From a virus (taxonomy: Duplodnaviria; Caudoviricetes), in the IMG/VR virus record IMGVR_UViG_3300017785_003454, positions 1-35,157 of that record: a DNA stretch of 35,157 nucleotides; one strand, written 5' to 3'. The first letter of the stretch is position 1. Each line of letters opens with the position of its first letter. The notes below the pieces were generated by a model. It saw nothing but the letters and a program-made list of their open reading frames with translations, was not told where the DNA came from and did no database searches. The translations under genes were made by a program, and so were the position numbers. Of this stretch, positions 6,859 through 16,835 are shown one piece after another.

Positions 6859-9668
6859 TTCGGAAGTTCTCCGGTGTCAGCGTACTTGCTCAGAGCATCG
6901 TAAAGTGACGCCCGAGGAATGTTTGAGAACTTCTCAAAAATTCGAGCCGTATCTGCGGCGCTACGATAACCAGCAGATCCAGATGCGCGAGCCAGCGCCT
7001 TTGCTGCGACATTGTAGAACCCAGCATTTACCGCAGTTCCGATTACACCCATGATTCCTTCAACTGGTTTTCCAGCGGCAACCTTAAGAGCTGATTGAGG
7101 AATTCCAGCAACCAACTCTTCAGCAGCCTGACCAGATACAAGCGCACCGCCTCCACCAGCAGCACGTTCAGCCATTAAGATGGTTTTGTAGCCAGGAATG
7201 ATGTCGTCAACAATCTGCTTGTACAGAGTCGGCCCAAGAATCTGTTCAGCTCGATTTATTTTGAAAACACCTTTGAGATTCGGCCCTTTGCCACCGAGAA
7301 CAGTCTCGGCCAAAAGAATATCTTCAATCTCTCTAGCGCGAGTCGAAATCAACGCTTTTTTGGCCAACTTGTTTCCAGCAACCGCCTCGCGTTCAAGATA
7401 CCGAATAACAGATCCAACATCCTTTACATTTGGAAGCAACTGAACCGCTTCAGATGCTACAGCAAATCCGGCAGGTGTTTTGGTCTGCAAAATGTCCAGC
7501 AACGCTTGAGGGCCAGTTTTCTGGCCAGTGCTTTCAAGGAAATTGACGAACTTGGAAAGCTGGTCTTTTGATCCAAGACCAACCTTCTCAAGTGCGCCGG
7601 GACTCTGCGTTTCTAGGTTGTTGATTGTTCCGGCAAGCTTTTTGTAGTCGATTGCTCCAGTGGCTTTGTCTGTTGCGTCGCTGACAATTCCAGACCGGAT
7701 AGACGAGTACACATCCTGAAGATCGGGAGCGTTTGCAACTCCACGGGATTTCAGCGTGTTAACAAGTGATTCGACGTTCGCAAATTCAGGGGCAAGCAAG
7801 CCTTGAGCTTTGACTCCGCTGACCATTGCCTGACCAAGCTGGCCACGCTCCATGCTTTCTGGAGCGAACGCCCTGCGAACTCCGAAAAGATTCAATTTCG
7901 GTCGTGTTGCCGCATAAAACTCGTCACCGGCAGCTCTTGCCCCAGCAGCTTCAGCGCCTATGGCTTCTGGAGCTTGATCGGCAATCGTTTGGGAAAGAGT
8001 GGTTGCGAGATTTTTAACCTGTCTTTGTTGACCGCTTCCAATGGCTTCACCGGCATAATCAGCGAAATCGTAAAGCTCGTCTCGAAGGTCTTTCAGCTCC
8101 TTCAAACTAGCCTTTTGAGGCACCGAAACTGTCACAGGCCGCGTCGGGTCCATTGATGATGGAGTCATCACCGTTTCTGTTCTCGACAACAGCTTTCTAG
8201 CCTCTTTTAAGCCAGAGGCATGAATGTCTGGAATTTGAGCCAGCAACTCATTTGCCTGAGAGGCAAAAGAAGGGTTGTTTCCAACAGGCTTGAAAAGGTT
8301 GAATTTCTGATCGTTTTCAACCGCGTTGGCAGGTCCGTAGATTCTGTTTGCTTCAGCCTTGATTGCATTCTTCGCCTGATCGGCGAGCGATTCAATTTGT
8401 TGGCCAGCAGGAACAACACGAAACGCGGAAATATTCTGACCTTTGAACAATGTGTTTTTCACCGTGTCCTGATATGCCTGAAGCGCCTGATCTACTGCTC
8501 GTTGCTGAGCCTGTTTCTGCGCTTGTCCGCGAGCAGATTCCAAAATCGTTTCAGCGTCTTTTAGATTTCTTGAAGCGTTTGCGATGTCGTCAATTTCATT
8601 GGCACTCAGTGCGCCAAGAAGTTTTTGAGTCAACGTGTCAGCTCCTTCGGCTGCAACACCCGTCAACTTTTGAACTGCGGTTTTAATCTGCTCACCCTGA
8701 CGAGCAAGTTGCTCGGTGATTGGCGGCATGCCAGCGCGAGACTCAATTCTTGATTCAAGACCAGCGAAACGAGGCATCGCTTGACCGAACGTAGGTTGAA
8801 CCCCCTCCCCAATTCTCTCCACCGTGGCTGCTCGCTCGGCAGCGCGTTCAAATCCAGCACCGGCTCGACCAGCGATTGCTCCGGGAATTTGAAATCCGGC
8901 AGTTAGCGCGGCAGGGACAATACTAGCTCCCGGTTCGAATTCTCCAGTTCTAACAGCCTCTCCAGCAACGCCGCCAGCTCCTTGCATGGCTATGTTTGCC
9001 AACGGCTTAAGAAAACCTCCTCCTGGAATAATTGGAGCAGCACCAGTAACAGCAGATGCAGCAATTTCTCGCCCTGAAACATCTTGCCTAATCCCAAAAA
9101 GCTTTTCGATTGTTTGACCGACCGCCTCGCCTATTGCAGATGCAAGAGCGCCAGTACCCATCATCGCAGGAATAGATGCTCCACTGCTTGCGGGGGCAGC
9201 AAGCAAAGCGGGAATAGCCCTAGCGCCCATAGCTGTTCCACGCATCATTCCGCGAGCCTCAGCTTGCGCCAATGGAGTAAGCTCTCCAGAAGGAGCAATT
9301 CGACCGCCTTCCATTGGCGCAAGCATTCCAACAGGCTCAGCAAGCTGTCCATATTCCCACGGCAAATTTTCGATTGCCTTACCAAACCGCTCAAACATTC
9401 CGACCTTGCCTGAATCTTGAACCGCCTGTTCGAGCTGCTGAGGAGAACCAACCTGCTCTTGAACCTGAGCAGGAGTCAGCGCGGAGACTTGGCCAACCTC
9501 CTCACGCCGACGCATCTCGGCGATGGTGGCTGGACCTTGCGATTGTGGTTGAGCTGAGATTCCTTGCGCTGCCTCGTAATCCAAAATGGCCTTAAAATCC
9601 GCCTCCGTTGGAGGATTCGGATTAGACCAATTGTATTCCCTTCCAGATGGAGTGGTGATTGTTCCCAT
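6855..9668 (-). CDS. Large internal virion / DNA ejection protein
   Basis: 937 aa, Ala/Gly/Gln-rich, helical, glycine-zipper hydrophobic segments, no Cys; last of three such genes after tail adaptor/nozzle. Confidence 0.7.
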   Translation of the reverse strand: MGTITTPSGREYNWSNPNPPTEADFKAILDYEAAQGISAQPQSQGPATIAEMRRREEVGQVSALTPAQVQEQVGSPQQLEQAVQDSGKVGMFERFGKAIENLPWEYGQLAEPVGMLAPMEGGRIAPSGELTPLAQAEARGMMRGTAMGARAIPALLAAPASSGASIPAMMGTGALASAIGEAVGQTIEKLFGIRQDVSGREIAASAVTGAAPIIPGGGFLKPLANIAMQGAGGVAGEAVRTGEFEPGASIVPAALTAGFQIPGAIAGRAGAGFERAAERAATVERIGEGVQPTFGQAMPRFAGLESRIESRAGMPPITEQLARQGEQIKTAVQKLTGVAAEGADTLTQKLLGALSANEIDDIANASRNLKDAETILESARGQAQKQAQQRAVDQALQAYQDTVKNTLFKGQNISAFRVVPAGQQIESLADQAKNAIKAEANRIYGPANAVENDQKFNLFKPVGNNPSFASQANELLAQIPDIHASGLKEARKLLSRTETVMTPSSMDPTRPVTVSVPQKASLKELKDLRDELYDFADYAGEAIGSGQQRQVKNLATTLSQTIADQAPEAIGAEAAGARAAGDEFYAATRPKLNLFGVRRAFAPESMERGQLGQAMVSGVKAQGLLAPEFANVESLVNTLKSRGVANAPDLQDVYSSIRSGIVSDATDKATGAIDYKKLAGTINNLETQSPGALEKVGLGSKDQLSKFVNFLESTGQKTGPQALLDILQTKTPAGFAVASEAVQLLPNVKDVGSVIRYLEREAVAGNKLAKKALISTRAREIEDILLAETVLGGKGPNLKGVFKINRAEQILGPTLYKQIVDDIIPGYKTILMAERAAGGGGALVSGQAAEELVAGIPQSALKVAAGKPVEGIMGVIGTAVNAGFYNVAAKALARASGSAGYRSAADTARIFEKFSNIPRASLYDALSKYADTGELPK

Positions 9669-9670
9669 AA

Positions 9671-11077
9671 TTACGGAGTGTAAATAACTCCAGAGGTTGA
9701 GTTTGTTGCGTTCGTGCGTGGGGTTACGCCAGGAGGAAGCGAAGGAGAAGCTCTAGTCGAAGGAGCTGGAGCTGATTGCTGCTGCTGGCCGAATCCAAAC
9801 TTTTGCCTAGCACCCTCAAGATACCGTTTCTTAACGTCGTATGGAATGTCAGGTGAAAACCTGTACTCCCAAATACTGTTTTCGGCACCAGAACGAAGAT
9901 TATTTTTGAAAGACGAGATAACCTGAATGTAATCGTTACGCGCAGGAGTGCTTACAACCTTTTGAAGGTTTCTTTCTTCAGATGGGGTAAGTGTTGCTCC
10001 ATACTTATTGTTTTGATAGTCAGTAACAACAAGCTGAATCTTGTTGTGTATGTCTCTTGCATCTTCCTGTTCTTTAGTTGTAAGACCCTTAAATCTTCCT
10101 TTAAGATCAAACGCTGGCGCATCAATAGGTCCAACATATTCAGAGAAAGACCCTTTTCCGTATTTGCTTTCAAAAGCATTGAGCTTATTGAAAACATCAT
10201 CCAACTCTAATACAGCTTTGTTTGAAGCCGTCAAAGCCTTTGAAACGTCAGCAGGAACTTTTCCTTGGTTTGGTCCTCCAAGGAACACTTTTGCGTTGAT
10301 TTCGTCTTCGTCGGTCTGAACTATCTTCTGTTTTTTAAGACCTTCCAAAACTTGATTTGCACGTTGGGCGACAACGCCACCTTCAGTCCTAGCAGTCGGC
10401 AAAAGCTGCTCATACTCCTGCTGGGTAATATCTCCAGAATCAAGAAGTGTCTTAAGACCTTCTTTCGTATTTCTTTGGCCAGCCATGCCGATGGCCGTCA
10501 GCTTTTTCAATCTAGCCTGCTCTTGCCTAAGAGGAGCGGCAGCATCAAAGATTGCTTTTCTAAACTCAGGGTTTATTTGCTGAGTTTTTGGATCAAGTCC
10601 ACCATTGTACTGAAGGGGAATATCGCTTTTCCCGTTTTCATTAAGGAAATCAATTTCCTTATTTAGAACTGCCATTTGTGAGGCATTTGCCTTTTCAACG
10701 AGAAACCGATTCTGAGCCATCGGCAATGACTGAAGAACTGGCCCACTCATGTCGCCAAGCATCTTAAGACCAGTCGCACTCTGAAGATCGGAAGGAGGAG
10801 CAGGAAATGGCTGAGTCGGATCGCCTTTGGCGTTCCATTGAACATATGCTGATTGCCACTGCTGAATCTTCGGAAGATCGACGGAAAACTTTGCGCGCTC
10901 AGAAATTCCGTTGGCAAGTTCAGCATCTCGAATCTTGTTCTGAAGCTCCATGCCCTGACGTTGCAGCACAGACTCCGCCGTCTGCTGCTGAAACTGCTCC
11001 ATCATCCGCGCCTGCGTCTGTGCGCGGTCGAACAGGTTTGCACCTAGCTGAAATGCTTGAAGAGATTGGTCGGCCAT
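9671..11077 (-). CDS. Internal virion / DNA ejection protein
   Basis: 468 aa, Gln-rich coiled N-terminus, no Cys; position between pilot-like and large ejection genes. Confidence 0.65.
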   Translation of the reverse strand: MADQSLQAFQLGANLFDRAQTQARMMEQFQQQTAESVLQRQGMELQNKIRDAELANGISERAKFSVDLPKIQQWQSAYVQWNAKGDPTQPFPAPPSDLQSATGLKMLGDMSGPVLQSLPMAQNRFLVEKANASQMAVLNKEIDFLNENGKSDIPLQYNGGLDPKTQQINPEFRKAIFDAAAPLRQEQARLKKLTAIGMAGQRNTKEGLKTLLDSGDITQQEYEQLLPTARTEGGVVAQRANQVLEGLKKQKIVQTDEDEINAKVFLGGPNQGKVPADVSKALTASNKAVLELDDVFNKLNAFESKYGKGSFSEYVGPIDAPAFDLKGRFKGLTTKEQEDARDIHNKIQLVVTDYQNNKYGATLTPSEERNLQKVVSTPARNDYIQVISSFKNNLRSGAENSIWEYRFSPDIPYDVKKRYLEGARQKFGFGQQQQSAPAPSTRASPSLPPGVTPRTNATNSTSGVIYTP

Positions 11078-11089
11078 AGAATGATCTTT

Positions 11090-11914
11090 TTAAGGTCCGA
11101 ATCTGACACTAGGGGCGGACATTGAAGGCGGCGGAGCCATCAGATTCGGAACATCGATTTGAGGCGTTTGGCGCATCATGTTGGAGTAGTCAGACATCAA
11201 TGCGTTGGAAAGACCATACTGCGACAGTCCGCCACCGACAGTTCCACCAAAATTAGTGAAGGCAGTCTGAGCAGCTTGAGCCATCGGAGACGGAGCGGCG
11301 GCAACCTGGGCGGCAGTCAAATCGCGTCCGTACATTCTAGACTGTTGCTCCTGCAACGCCCCAATCCGTTGAGACGGCGTGATGAACATGCTGCTCACCG
11401 AGAACGGTTGAGCCATGCCAAAAGTCCGTTGTTGCTGGATGAAGTTCTGCGCTTGAGCAAGACCCTGATTTTGGATCTGCATGGATGTCAGACCCAAGTC
11501 GCGAGCTGTAAGCGAACGTCCAAATCCAGAACCAGCACCGAATCCACCAGAAAGAGCGCGTCCAGCAGTCGAGCGTTGAACTTGAGCGGAAACCTCGGGC
11601 GAAAGCTCACCGCGCAAGGCTGCGCCGATATTCTGCCCAGCCTGCTGAACGATCTGGTCATAGCCTGGAATCGCACGGCGAAGCTGAGTTTCAAGCAATG
11701 ACTGTTCGGCGGATGTGGTCTTCTCGGCCAACTTGGCGGCAGGCTCAAGCGCGGCAATGTTTTGCCGGATAGCATTGGTCTGCTCCTGCTCGAAGTTAAT
11801 TGGCTTCAACTCAGGAACCTTCGGCTTCTTGCCACCAAAAAGTCCGCCGAGCAGGCTTCCCGCTGCCGAGATTCCTGCTCCACCCAAAAGTGCAGCTCCA
11901 ATTCCTATTGCCAT
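11090..11914 (-). CDS. DNA pilot / small ejection protein (P22 gp7-like position)
   Basis: Hydrophobic N-terminus IGIGAALLGGAGISAAGSLLGGLFGG then KK; Gln/Ala/Gly-rich; no Cys. Confidence 0.7.
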   Translation of the reverse strand: MAIGIGAALLGGAGISAAGSLLGGLFGGKKPKVPELKPINFEQEQTNAIRQNIAALEPAAKLAEKTTSAEQSLLETQLRRAIPGYDQIVQQAGQNIGAALRGELSPEVSAQVQRSTAGRALSGGFGAGSGFGRSLTARDLGLTSMQIQNQGLAQAQNFIQQQRTFGMAQPFSVSSMFITPSQRIGALQEQQSRMYGRDLTAAQVAAAPSPMAQAAQTAFTNFGGTVGGGLSQYGLSNALMSDYSNMMRQTPQIDVPNLMAPPPSMSAPSVRFGP

Positions 11915-11930
11915 AAATTATCCTTTTGGT

Positions 11931-12902
11931 TCAGAACCATTGAGAAAACCCTCCGCCGTTCAATCCGACGCCTACCATGCGTATCGTCGCGACTGCGTCA
12001 CCCAAATACTGCATCGTCTGCTCCTGCACAGCTTGAACAGCTTTGGCTTCGTAGGCCACTGCTTCCTGAATCAAATCGTTCTCCTCCTTGCGAATGGCCA
12101 TAACCATCAGCTTGATAGCGTCGGGACACGGGGGGATGAGGTAGTCATTCACGCTCGTCGCGTTGATGTGGCGCATCTTGCCGATGACCGTGACGGTCTG
12201 GGTGCAGCAATCGCTGTTTCGACCAGTCCAGAGGCTCCGACGATACTGCGGCAAAGTTTCATCAGGGTCGTAAACTGCCAGATCCAACTCGGCAAAAAGT
12301 GTCTGGTTGTACTCGTAGAGCCGAGATGCGGTATTTGTTGCCTCCCTAATGACGCCGGTCAGTGCGGTAAATTTCTTGGAAGACTGAACATACGGCAACG
12401 CGAGCGTCAGCTTTTCGCCGTCAATCCACACGCCACCGGATTGGGTGCGAATCCATTGCCCGTTCGCGTCGTAGCCTTGGAGCGTTATCGTTTTCCCATT
12501 GTCTGAAGCATCGCCAGGATAAACTCGAATGTAACTATTGATGCCCCCAGACATATCGCGGTATGAAACGACAGTACCGCGATCAACAAGCTGTTTTCCC
12601 GCGCACGGGTTGCAGCTTCCGAGCAGGCCGAATCCGGTTTCTTGGAACTCATACCATTGGTTTCGAACAGACCCTGTGCCGCAGCAATCCGCCACCGCCT
12701 CGATGGTTTCAATCGCTCGCGGCCAAGTAATGCATCCGTCAACGGTTGTAACCGTAAAGCGTCCGTAAGATCCAGCCCAAAGACCTTTGTGCAGAAGCCT
12801 TCGACACGCCTGATTGATGTACTCGTAAACGCGAGCGTCATCGACGCAGACGCCGATAGCCCGAGCAATCGTGGACCTAATATCTTGGACGATCAGCTTC
12901 AT
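11931..12902 (-). CDS. Head-to-tail adaptor (tail tubular protein A-like)
   Basis: Helical N-term with YINQACRRL, beta-rich centre, helical C-term; adjacent to nozzle and ejection genes. Confidence 0.6.
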   Translation of the reverse strand: MKLIVQDIRSTIARAIGVCVDDARVYEYINQACRRLLHKGLWAGSYGRFTVTTVDGCITWPRAIETIEAVADCCGTGSVRNQWYEFQETGFGLLGSCNPCAGKQLVDRGTVVSYRDMSGGINSYIRVYPGDASDNGKTITLQGYDANGQWIRTQSGGVWIDGEKLTLALPYVQSSKKFTALTGVIREATNTASRLYEYNQTLFAELDLAVYDPDETLPQYRRSLWTGRNSDCCTQTVTVIGKMRHINATSVNDYLIPPCPDAIKLMVMAIRKEENDLIQEAVAYEAKAVQAVQEQTMQYLGDAVATIRMVGVGLNGGGFSQWF

Positions 12903-13621
12903 TTGGTGTAGTAGACTCGACCAGTTCGCTTGATAAAGTAAACACCGTAAAACGGCGGAAGATTGTTGTGGGCTGCATCGCCACCAACCGAGGTGGTCGG
13001 CAACAGGTTGGCCACTCCTTCCGAGCGATTCGTTGCACTGAAGACACTCGTATCAGCCGATCCTCGCTGAGTAAGGTTGATGTACTGGTCGAGAATCTGA
13101 TGCGTGTGAGACGGCATCTCAGCGGTAACAAGCGTGTGCTTGTCCTCACCGGCAACAGCGGTCGAGGTGGTCGTTCCGTTGACGCTGACAACCCCGCTCG
13201 CCGCAAACGTGCCAGCGCCGACCGGAAATCGAGCTTCGAAATTCGTATCGATAGCCCACATCGAACCGGCGTAAGGATTGCCAGAGTAAACCGTTCCATC
13301 GCCGCCGTCGTATGAAAGAACATCGGCACTCGTCCCAACAAAGATGCGGCGTTCGCTGCTGTTTGCGGCGACAGGATTCAGTCTCGACCAATATCCACCC
13401 TGAAAGACCCACCAGTTACCGTTGTTATCAAGCCACGGGTAAACCTGATTGTTCAGCGTTGGAACAGAAGCACCGAAGTTGAAGAACGAGTTTCCAATCG
13501 TGCTGTTGAACGTCGCCTGTGTGCCACTGATGACATCGTTGGCCAACTGTTGGTAGTTGGTCGGACAATACCCGATAGGCAAACTCGGGGGCGTCAGCGT
13601 GATGAGCGTAAGGTTTGGCAT
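12899..13621 (-). CDS. Short trimeric tail tip/needle or collar protein (T4 gp10/gp12-like C-terminus)
   Basis: RFPVGAG, GEDKHTLVTAEMPSHTH, HNNLPPFYGVYFIKRT motifs. Confidence 0.7.
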   Translation of the reverse strand: MPNLTLITLTPPSLPIGYCPTNYQQLANDVISGTQATFNSTIGNSFFNFGASVPTLNNQVYPWLDNNGNWWVFQGGYWSRLNPVAANSSERRIFVGTSADVLSYDGGDGTVYSGNPYAGSMWAIDTNFEARFPVGAGTFAASGVVSVNGTTTSTAVAGEDKHTLVTAEMPSHTHQILDQYINLTQRGSADTSVFSATNRSEGVANLLPTTSVGGDAAHNNLPPFYGVYFIKRTGRVYYTK

Positions 13622-13628
13622 TCTGTTT

Positions 13629-15491
13629 CTATGGGTTGACGGATTCCGAGGTGTAGATCAGCGGGTTGATGTCACAAACATCGAGCGGAGTGCATGCAGG
13701 GAATGCCGTGCGGCAATCGCCAACACTCGGCTCCTGAACATCGTAAGCATGAACTCGCAAGCTTTTGATCCGGCAATACCCGATGATGCTAAGCATCACT
13801 TGAACCTCGTAAAGATTGCGAGCCGGGGTGCTGATCGTTTCATTGCACGGCAGATCCGAAGGCGTCGGGAAACGCATCTTCGGGCGATACTGCGGCTTGA
13901 AGTTCGTAATCGGGCAAAGATCAAGGCACTGAGTTGTCGTCGCGCACTCAGCAAAGTCGGTCCACTCAATCCATCCAGGATACTGGTCAGGTCGATAGGT
14001 GACATTGAAGGAGACATCACCCTCAAGCGAATCGATGAACAAGTCGCCTGAATCCAGGCGCTTCAATCCAAACGGAACCTCAAAGTTGTAGGCGCGAGTC
14101 TGAACCATCCACTCAATTTCTTTCTTACCATCGGGAATGTTGTTGTCGAATTTATTACCCTTCGTGACTTCCCAGAGTTGAATCGAGTCATCCGATCCGC
14201 GAGCGATGCAGAAGCACTGATCGCCGTAGGCATTCTCAGTCTTGACGATCTGAAGCAAATTGAGTCCGGTCCAGATTCCCGACCACGCAGGCGGAAACTT
14301 TTTCCGCATCGACGTAATTAGGTCAAAGTCCAAGACAGCCAACGCCTTGTGAATGACACCCTCGGCATTGTACCGAGGCTGGCAGGTCATCAAGAGGCGA
14401 TTGTCGAACACAACCGCAGAACTGGCCCACAAGAGATTCGTCTGATCGTTCTCAATGACATTCAGTATCTCGCTACTGATCGGGGTGTTACCCCAGTCGG
14501 TGAACGAACGACGAGCAATGATGAACGAGCGGACGCCATCGACAGCACGGTAGAAGACATCGCCATTGATAGTAATGGCAGACCGAGAACCAAGCGCACC
14601 GCTCGTAAGCAAGCTGATGGCTTGAATCGGGTAGCTCAAGTTCTTCCATGTATCACGATCAACAGGAGCTTGAACCGAGAAGACGTATCGAGGCGTGAAG
14701 ACTAGAAGCGGACCTTGACCGAGCGAGCTGTCTGGATCGCCTGGGACAGCCATCGCTGTGATGCCGCCTGAATCCGACGGAACCGCAAAGTCTCCACCCT
14801 CATTAAGGAAGGTGTTCTCGGTTTCTTTGAGTACACTCGCTCGCGTTCCATCCCCATAAACAATGTCGGTAGCGCGGAAAGAGAATCCATCTGGAAGTGC
14901 GTACCAGATGCGGCCATTGACGTAGGCCATAACCTTGCCGGTCTTAATTTCGTCATCGCTTGAACGGCGCAGATTCGTGCCGTTGAAGATCAGTGGCTTA
15001 CTGAATCCATCCTGAATGACAACAAAGTTTTCAGCCTGAACCATCCAGCCATCAAGCAGGTTGGATGGATTTTCAAGACTTGGAGAAACCGACAGATTCT
15101 GAGCGGTATTTTGAAGGCAGTTGTAAAGCCACACTTTACCACTGATCAGCATCAGTATGAACGTGCGTCCATCGTCGGCAATGTAAGGCAGCGCACATTG
15201 AAACGTGCCGGCTAGCGACTGAGGTCCGTAGCACTCTTCTGCCCACCCGTCCGCCGTAACGTTCGTCTGGTCAGCGGTAATTTGATCGTTGTCAGCCGTA
15301 ATGCTGACGCACAGGTCGTAATCCTTTTGAACGAAGCCGGGTCGGCATGAGACAAACCCCTGTCGGAAGCTGGCATTGACCGCAAACGCCACCTGATTCT
15401 TGTCCACCTCAGACGGCATCACGCCAGCGTCAACGCCACCCTCAAAGGTGACAGATCCGTCCGTGTACCTTCGTGGTGCGCGTTCGCTCAT
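13629..15491 (-). CDS. Tail nozzle (tail tubular protein B / P22 gp10-like beta-propeller)
   Basis: 620 aa beta-rich; N-term FEGGVD...AVNASFRQG.V..RPG pattern; position in podovirus tail module. Confidence 0.7.
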   Translation of the reverse strand: MSERAPRRYTDGSVTFEGGVDAGVMPSEVDKNQVAFAVNASFRQGFVSCRPGFVQKDYDLCVSITADNDQITADQTNVTADGWAEECYGPQSLAGTFQCALPYIADDGRTFILMLISGKVWLYNCLQNTAQNLSVSPSLENPSNLLDGWMVQAENFVVIQDGFSKPLIFNGTNLRRSSDDEIKTGKVMAYVNGRIWYALPDGFSFRATDIVYGDGTRASVLKETENTFLNEGGDFAVPSDSGGITAMAVPGDPDSSLGQGPLLVFTPRYVFSVQAPVDRDTWKNLSYPIQAISLLTSGALGSRSAITINGDVFYRAVDGVRSFIIARRSFTDWGNTPISSEILNVIENDQTNLLWASSAVVFDNRLLMTCQPRYNAEGVIHKALAVLDFDLITSMRKKFPPAWSGIWTGLNLLQIVKTENAYGDQCFCIARGSDDSIQLWEVTKGNKFDNNIPDGKKEIEWMVQTRAYNFEVPFGLKRLDSGDLFIDSLEGDVSFNVTYRPDQYPGWIEWTDFAECATTTQCLDLCPITNFKPQYRPKMRFPTPSDLPCNETISTPARNLYEVQVMLSIIGYCRIKSLRVHAYDVQEPSVGDCRTAFPACTPLDVCDINPLIYTSESVNP

Positions 15492-15494
15492 GGT

Positions 15495-16661
15495 TTAAGC
15501 CTGAATACGCTGGACAGAGAATGAGGAGCCTTGATCGACGTAGAGATTGTGGTCCGTGCTAACCAATACCTCGTAAAAATCGGTTAGAGCTGTCGCCTGA
15601 TCAATGTAAGTAAGAGATATTGGATGGTATCCACTGTTTGTCACGTTGAACGATTTTGACACTAAAATATCAGAGGCGTTCCTTCTAAGAAAGACAGTGA
15701 CAGTTGCGGTTGTTGATACCGCATCAAGGTTAAAGTATGCGTCTATCCTGTAGTAGCCAATGTACGGAACCGTAAATCGGCCACTTGATGCCGTAAATCC
15801 AGAGGCTGAATCTAGCCCAACGTAAGACGCCGTGGTGTAAACGGATGTGCTGTACGGATTGCTTCCCGAAGTTGGGCTGACATTTGGCGCATTTGCCGCT
15901 CCAAGACCAGTCACCCTCCGCGTAAACGTGACGTAGTTGAACGAAGCAATCAACGGAGCTGACAGCGTGATGTTTCCGGCGCTGTTCGTAACGACAATCG
16001 GAGCCGTTCCGACAATCTCCTTCTGGAGATAAGCCGCTCCGTCGCCGACCAGAATCTTGTTAGCGGGAGCGGTCGTAAGGTTGGTGCCACCTTGAGCAAT
16101 CGGAACCGTGCCGGTGACATCGGCAATAGGAATCGTGGCAACCGTCGAAACCGCGCCAAAACCGCTCGACCCTTGAGTTTTAACGTATCCAGCGGCCAAT
16201 GAATCAAGAGCAGTCTCGTTTGTCAGCGTTCCATCCGCAGTGCGGCAAATGTACGATGCTCCAACCGGAGCGCCGCCGGATACACCAGGTGAACCTTGCG
16301 GCCCAACAGCTCCAGCAAGAGTAATGAGCGAACCGGAAGGAATCGGAGTGGTTGGAATCGCATTCGCAACACCAAGAACTCCTGCCGCTGGGTTTCTAAG
16401 CGTAACATTCAACCCAACGACATCCAAAACCTGCATGTATCCGCACCCTTGAACGGAAACAAAAAACTGACCTTGAATCGATTCCGGCAGGAACGAGCTG
16501 TTGCCAACCTGAACAACGACGTTTGCTCCAAGTGCTGGAACCAAAAATAAAGCGGTCGTGTAGGTGAACGAATCAACACCGTTCGTACCGTTGGTTCCAT
16601 TCGCTCCAGCCGCGCCGCGTGGGCCAGGAATGTTGACGACGTATGGGGTGGTGCAGCTCAT
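15495..16661 (-). CDS. Tail/head fibre with short collagen segments and C-terminal C1q-like domain
   Basis: GPRGAAGANGTNGTNG; VPIAQGGT fibre repeat; FTASSGRFTVPYIGYYRI...SSFSVQRI C1q-like signature; AGAGGA SD. Confidence 0.72.
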   Translation of the reverse strand: MSCTTPYVVNIPGPRGAAGANGTNGTNGVDSFTYTTALFLVPALGANVVVQVGNSSFLPESIQGQFFVSVQGCGYMQVLDVVGLNVTLRNPAAGVLGVANAIPTTPIPSGSLITLAGAVGPQGSPGVSGGAPVGASYICRTADGTLTNETALDSLAAGYVKTQGSSGFGAVSTVATIPIADVTGTVPIAQGGTNLTTAPANKILVGDGAAYLQKEIVGTAPIVVTNSAGNITLSAPLIASFNYVTFTRRVTGLGAANAPNVSPTSGSNPYSTSVYTTASYVGLDSASGFTASSGRFTVPYIGYYRIDAYFNLDAVSTTATVTVFLRRNASDILVSKSFNVTNSGYHPISLTYIDQATALTDFYEVLVSTDHNLYVDQGSSFSVQRIQA

Positions 16662-16676
16662 ATAAAAACAGTCCTC

Positions 16677-16835
16677 TTATCTCCAGATTCCTGCAATTTT
16701 AATCTTGGGGTCAGCCTGCTTCCAAACGCCCAAAATCTTGATCCAAGTAATAGCCTCCCTCCAAGTTCCAGACACTTTGATCCAGAACTTGTTGGATGGC
16801 GTAGAGCCTTGGTTTGAAAGAATGGTGAGAAGCAT
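16677..16835 (-). CDS. 52-aa protein with three (W)IKxxGxW(R/K) hairpin repeats
   Basis: Translated by eye: MLLTILSNQGSTPSNKFWIKVSGTWREAITWIKILGVWKQADPKIKIAGIWR; TAATG overlap with upstream gene. Not in ORF track. Confidence 0.75.
   Translation of the reverse strand: MLLTILSNQGSTPSNKFWIKVSGTWREAITWIKILGVWKQADPKIKIAGIWR

Noticed and set aside
6855-9668. Tape measure protein call
   Set aside because: No tail tube, chaperone frameshift pair or baseplate hub; context fits podovirus ejection proteins.
11715-12506. 263-aa plus-strand ORF
   Set aside because: Antisense shadow of the adaptor and pilot genes.
16668-16696. TTGCAG-N17-GACTGT leaderless promoter candidate
   Set aside because: Lies mostly in the 52-aa coding sequence, and an AGAGGA SD already explains the downstream start.
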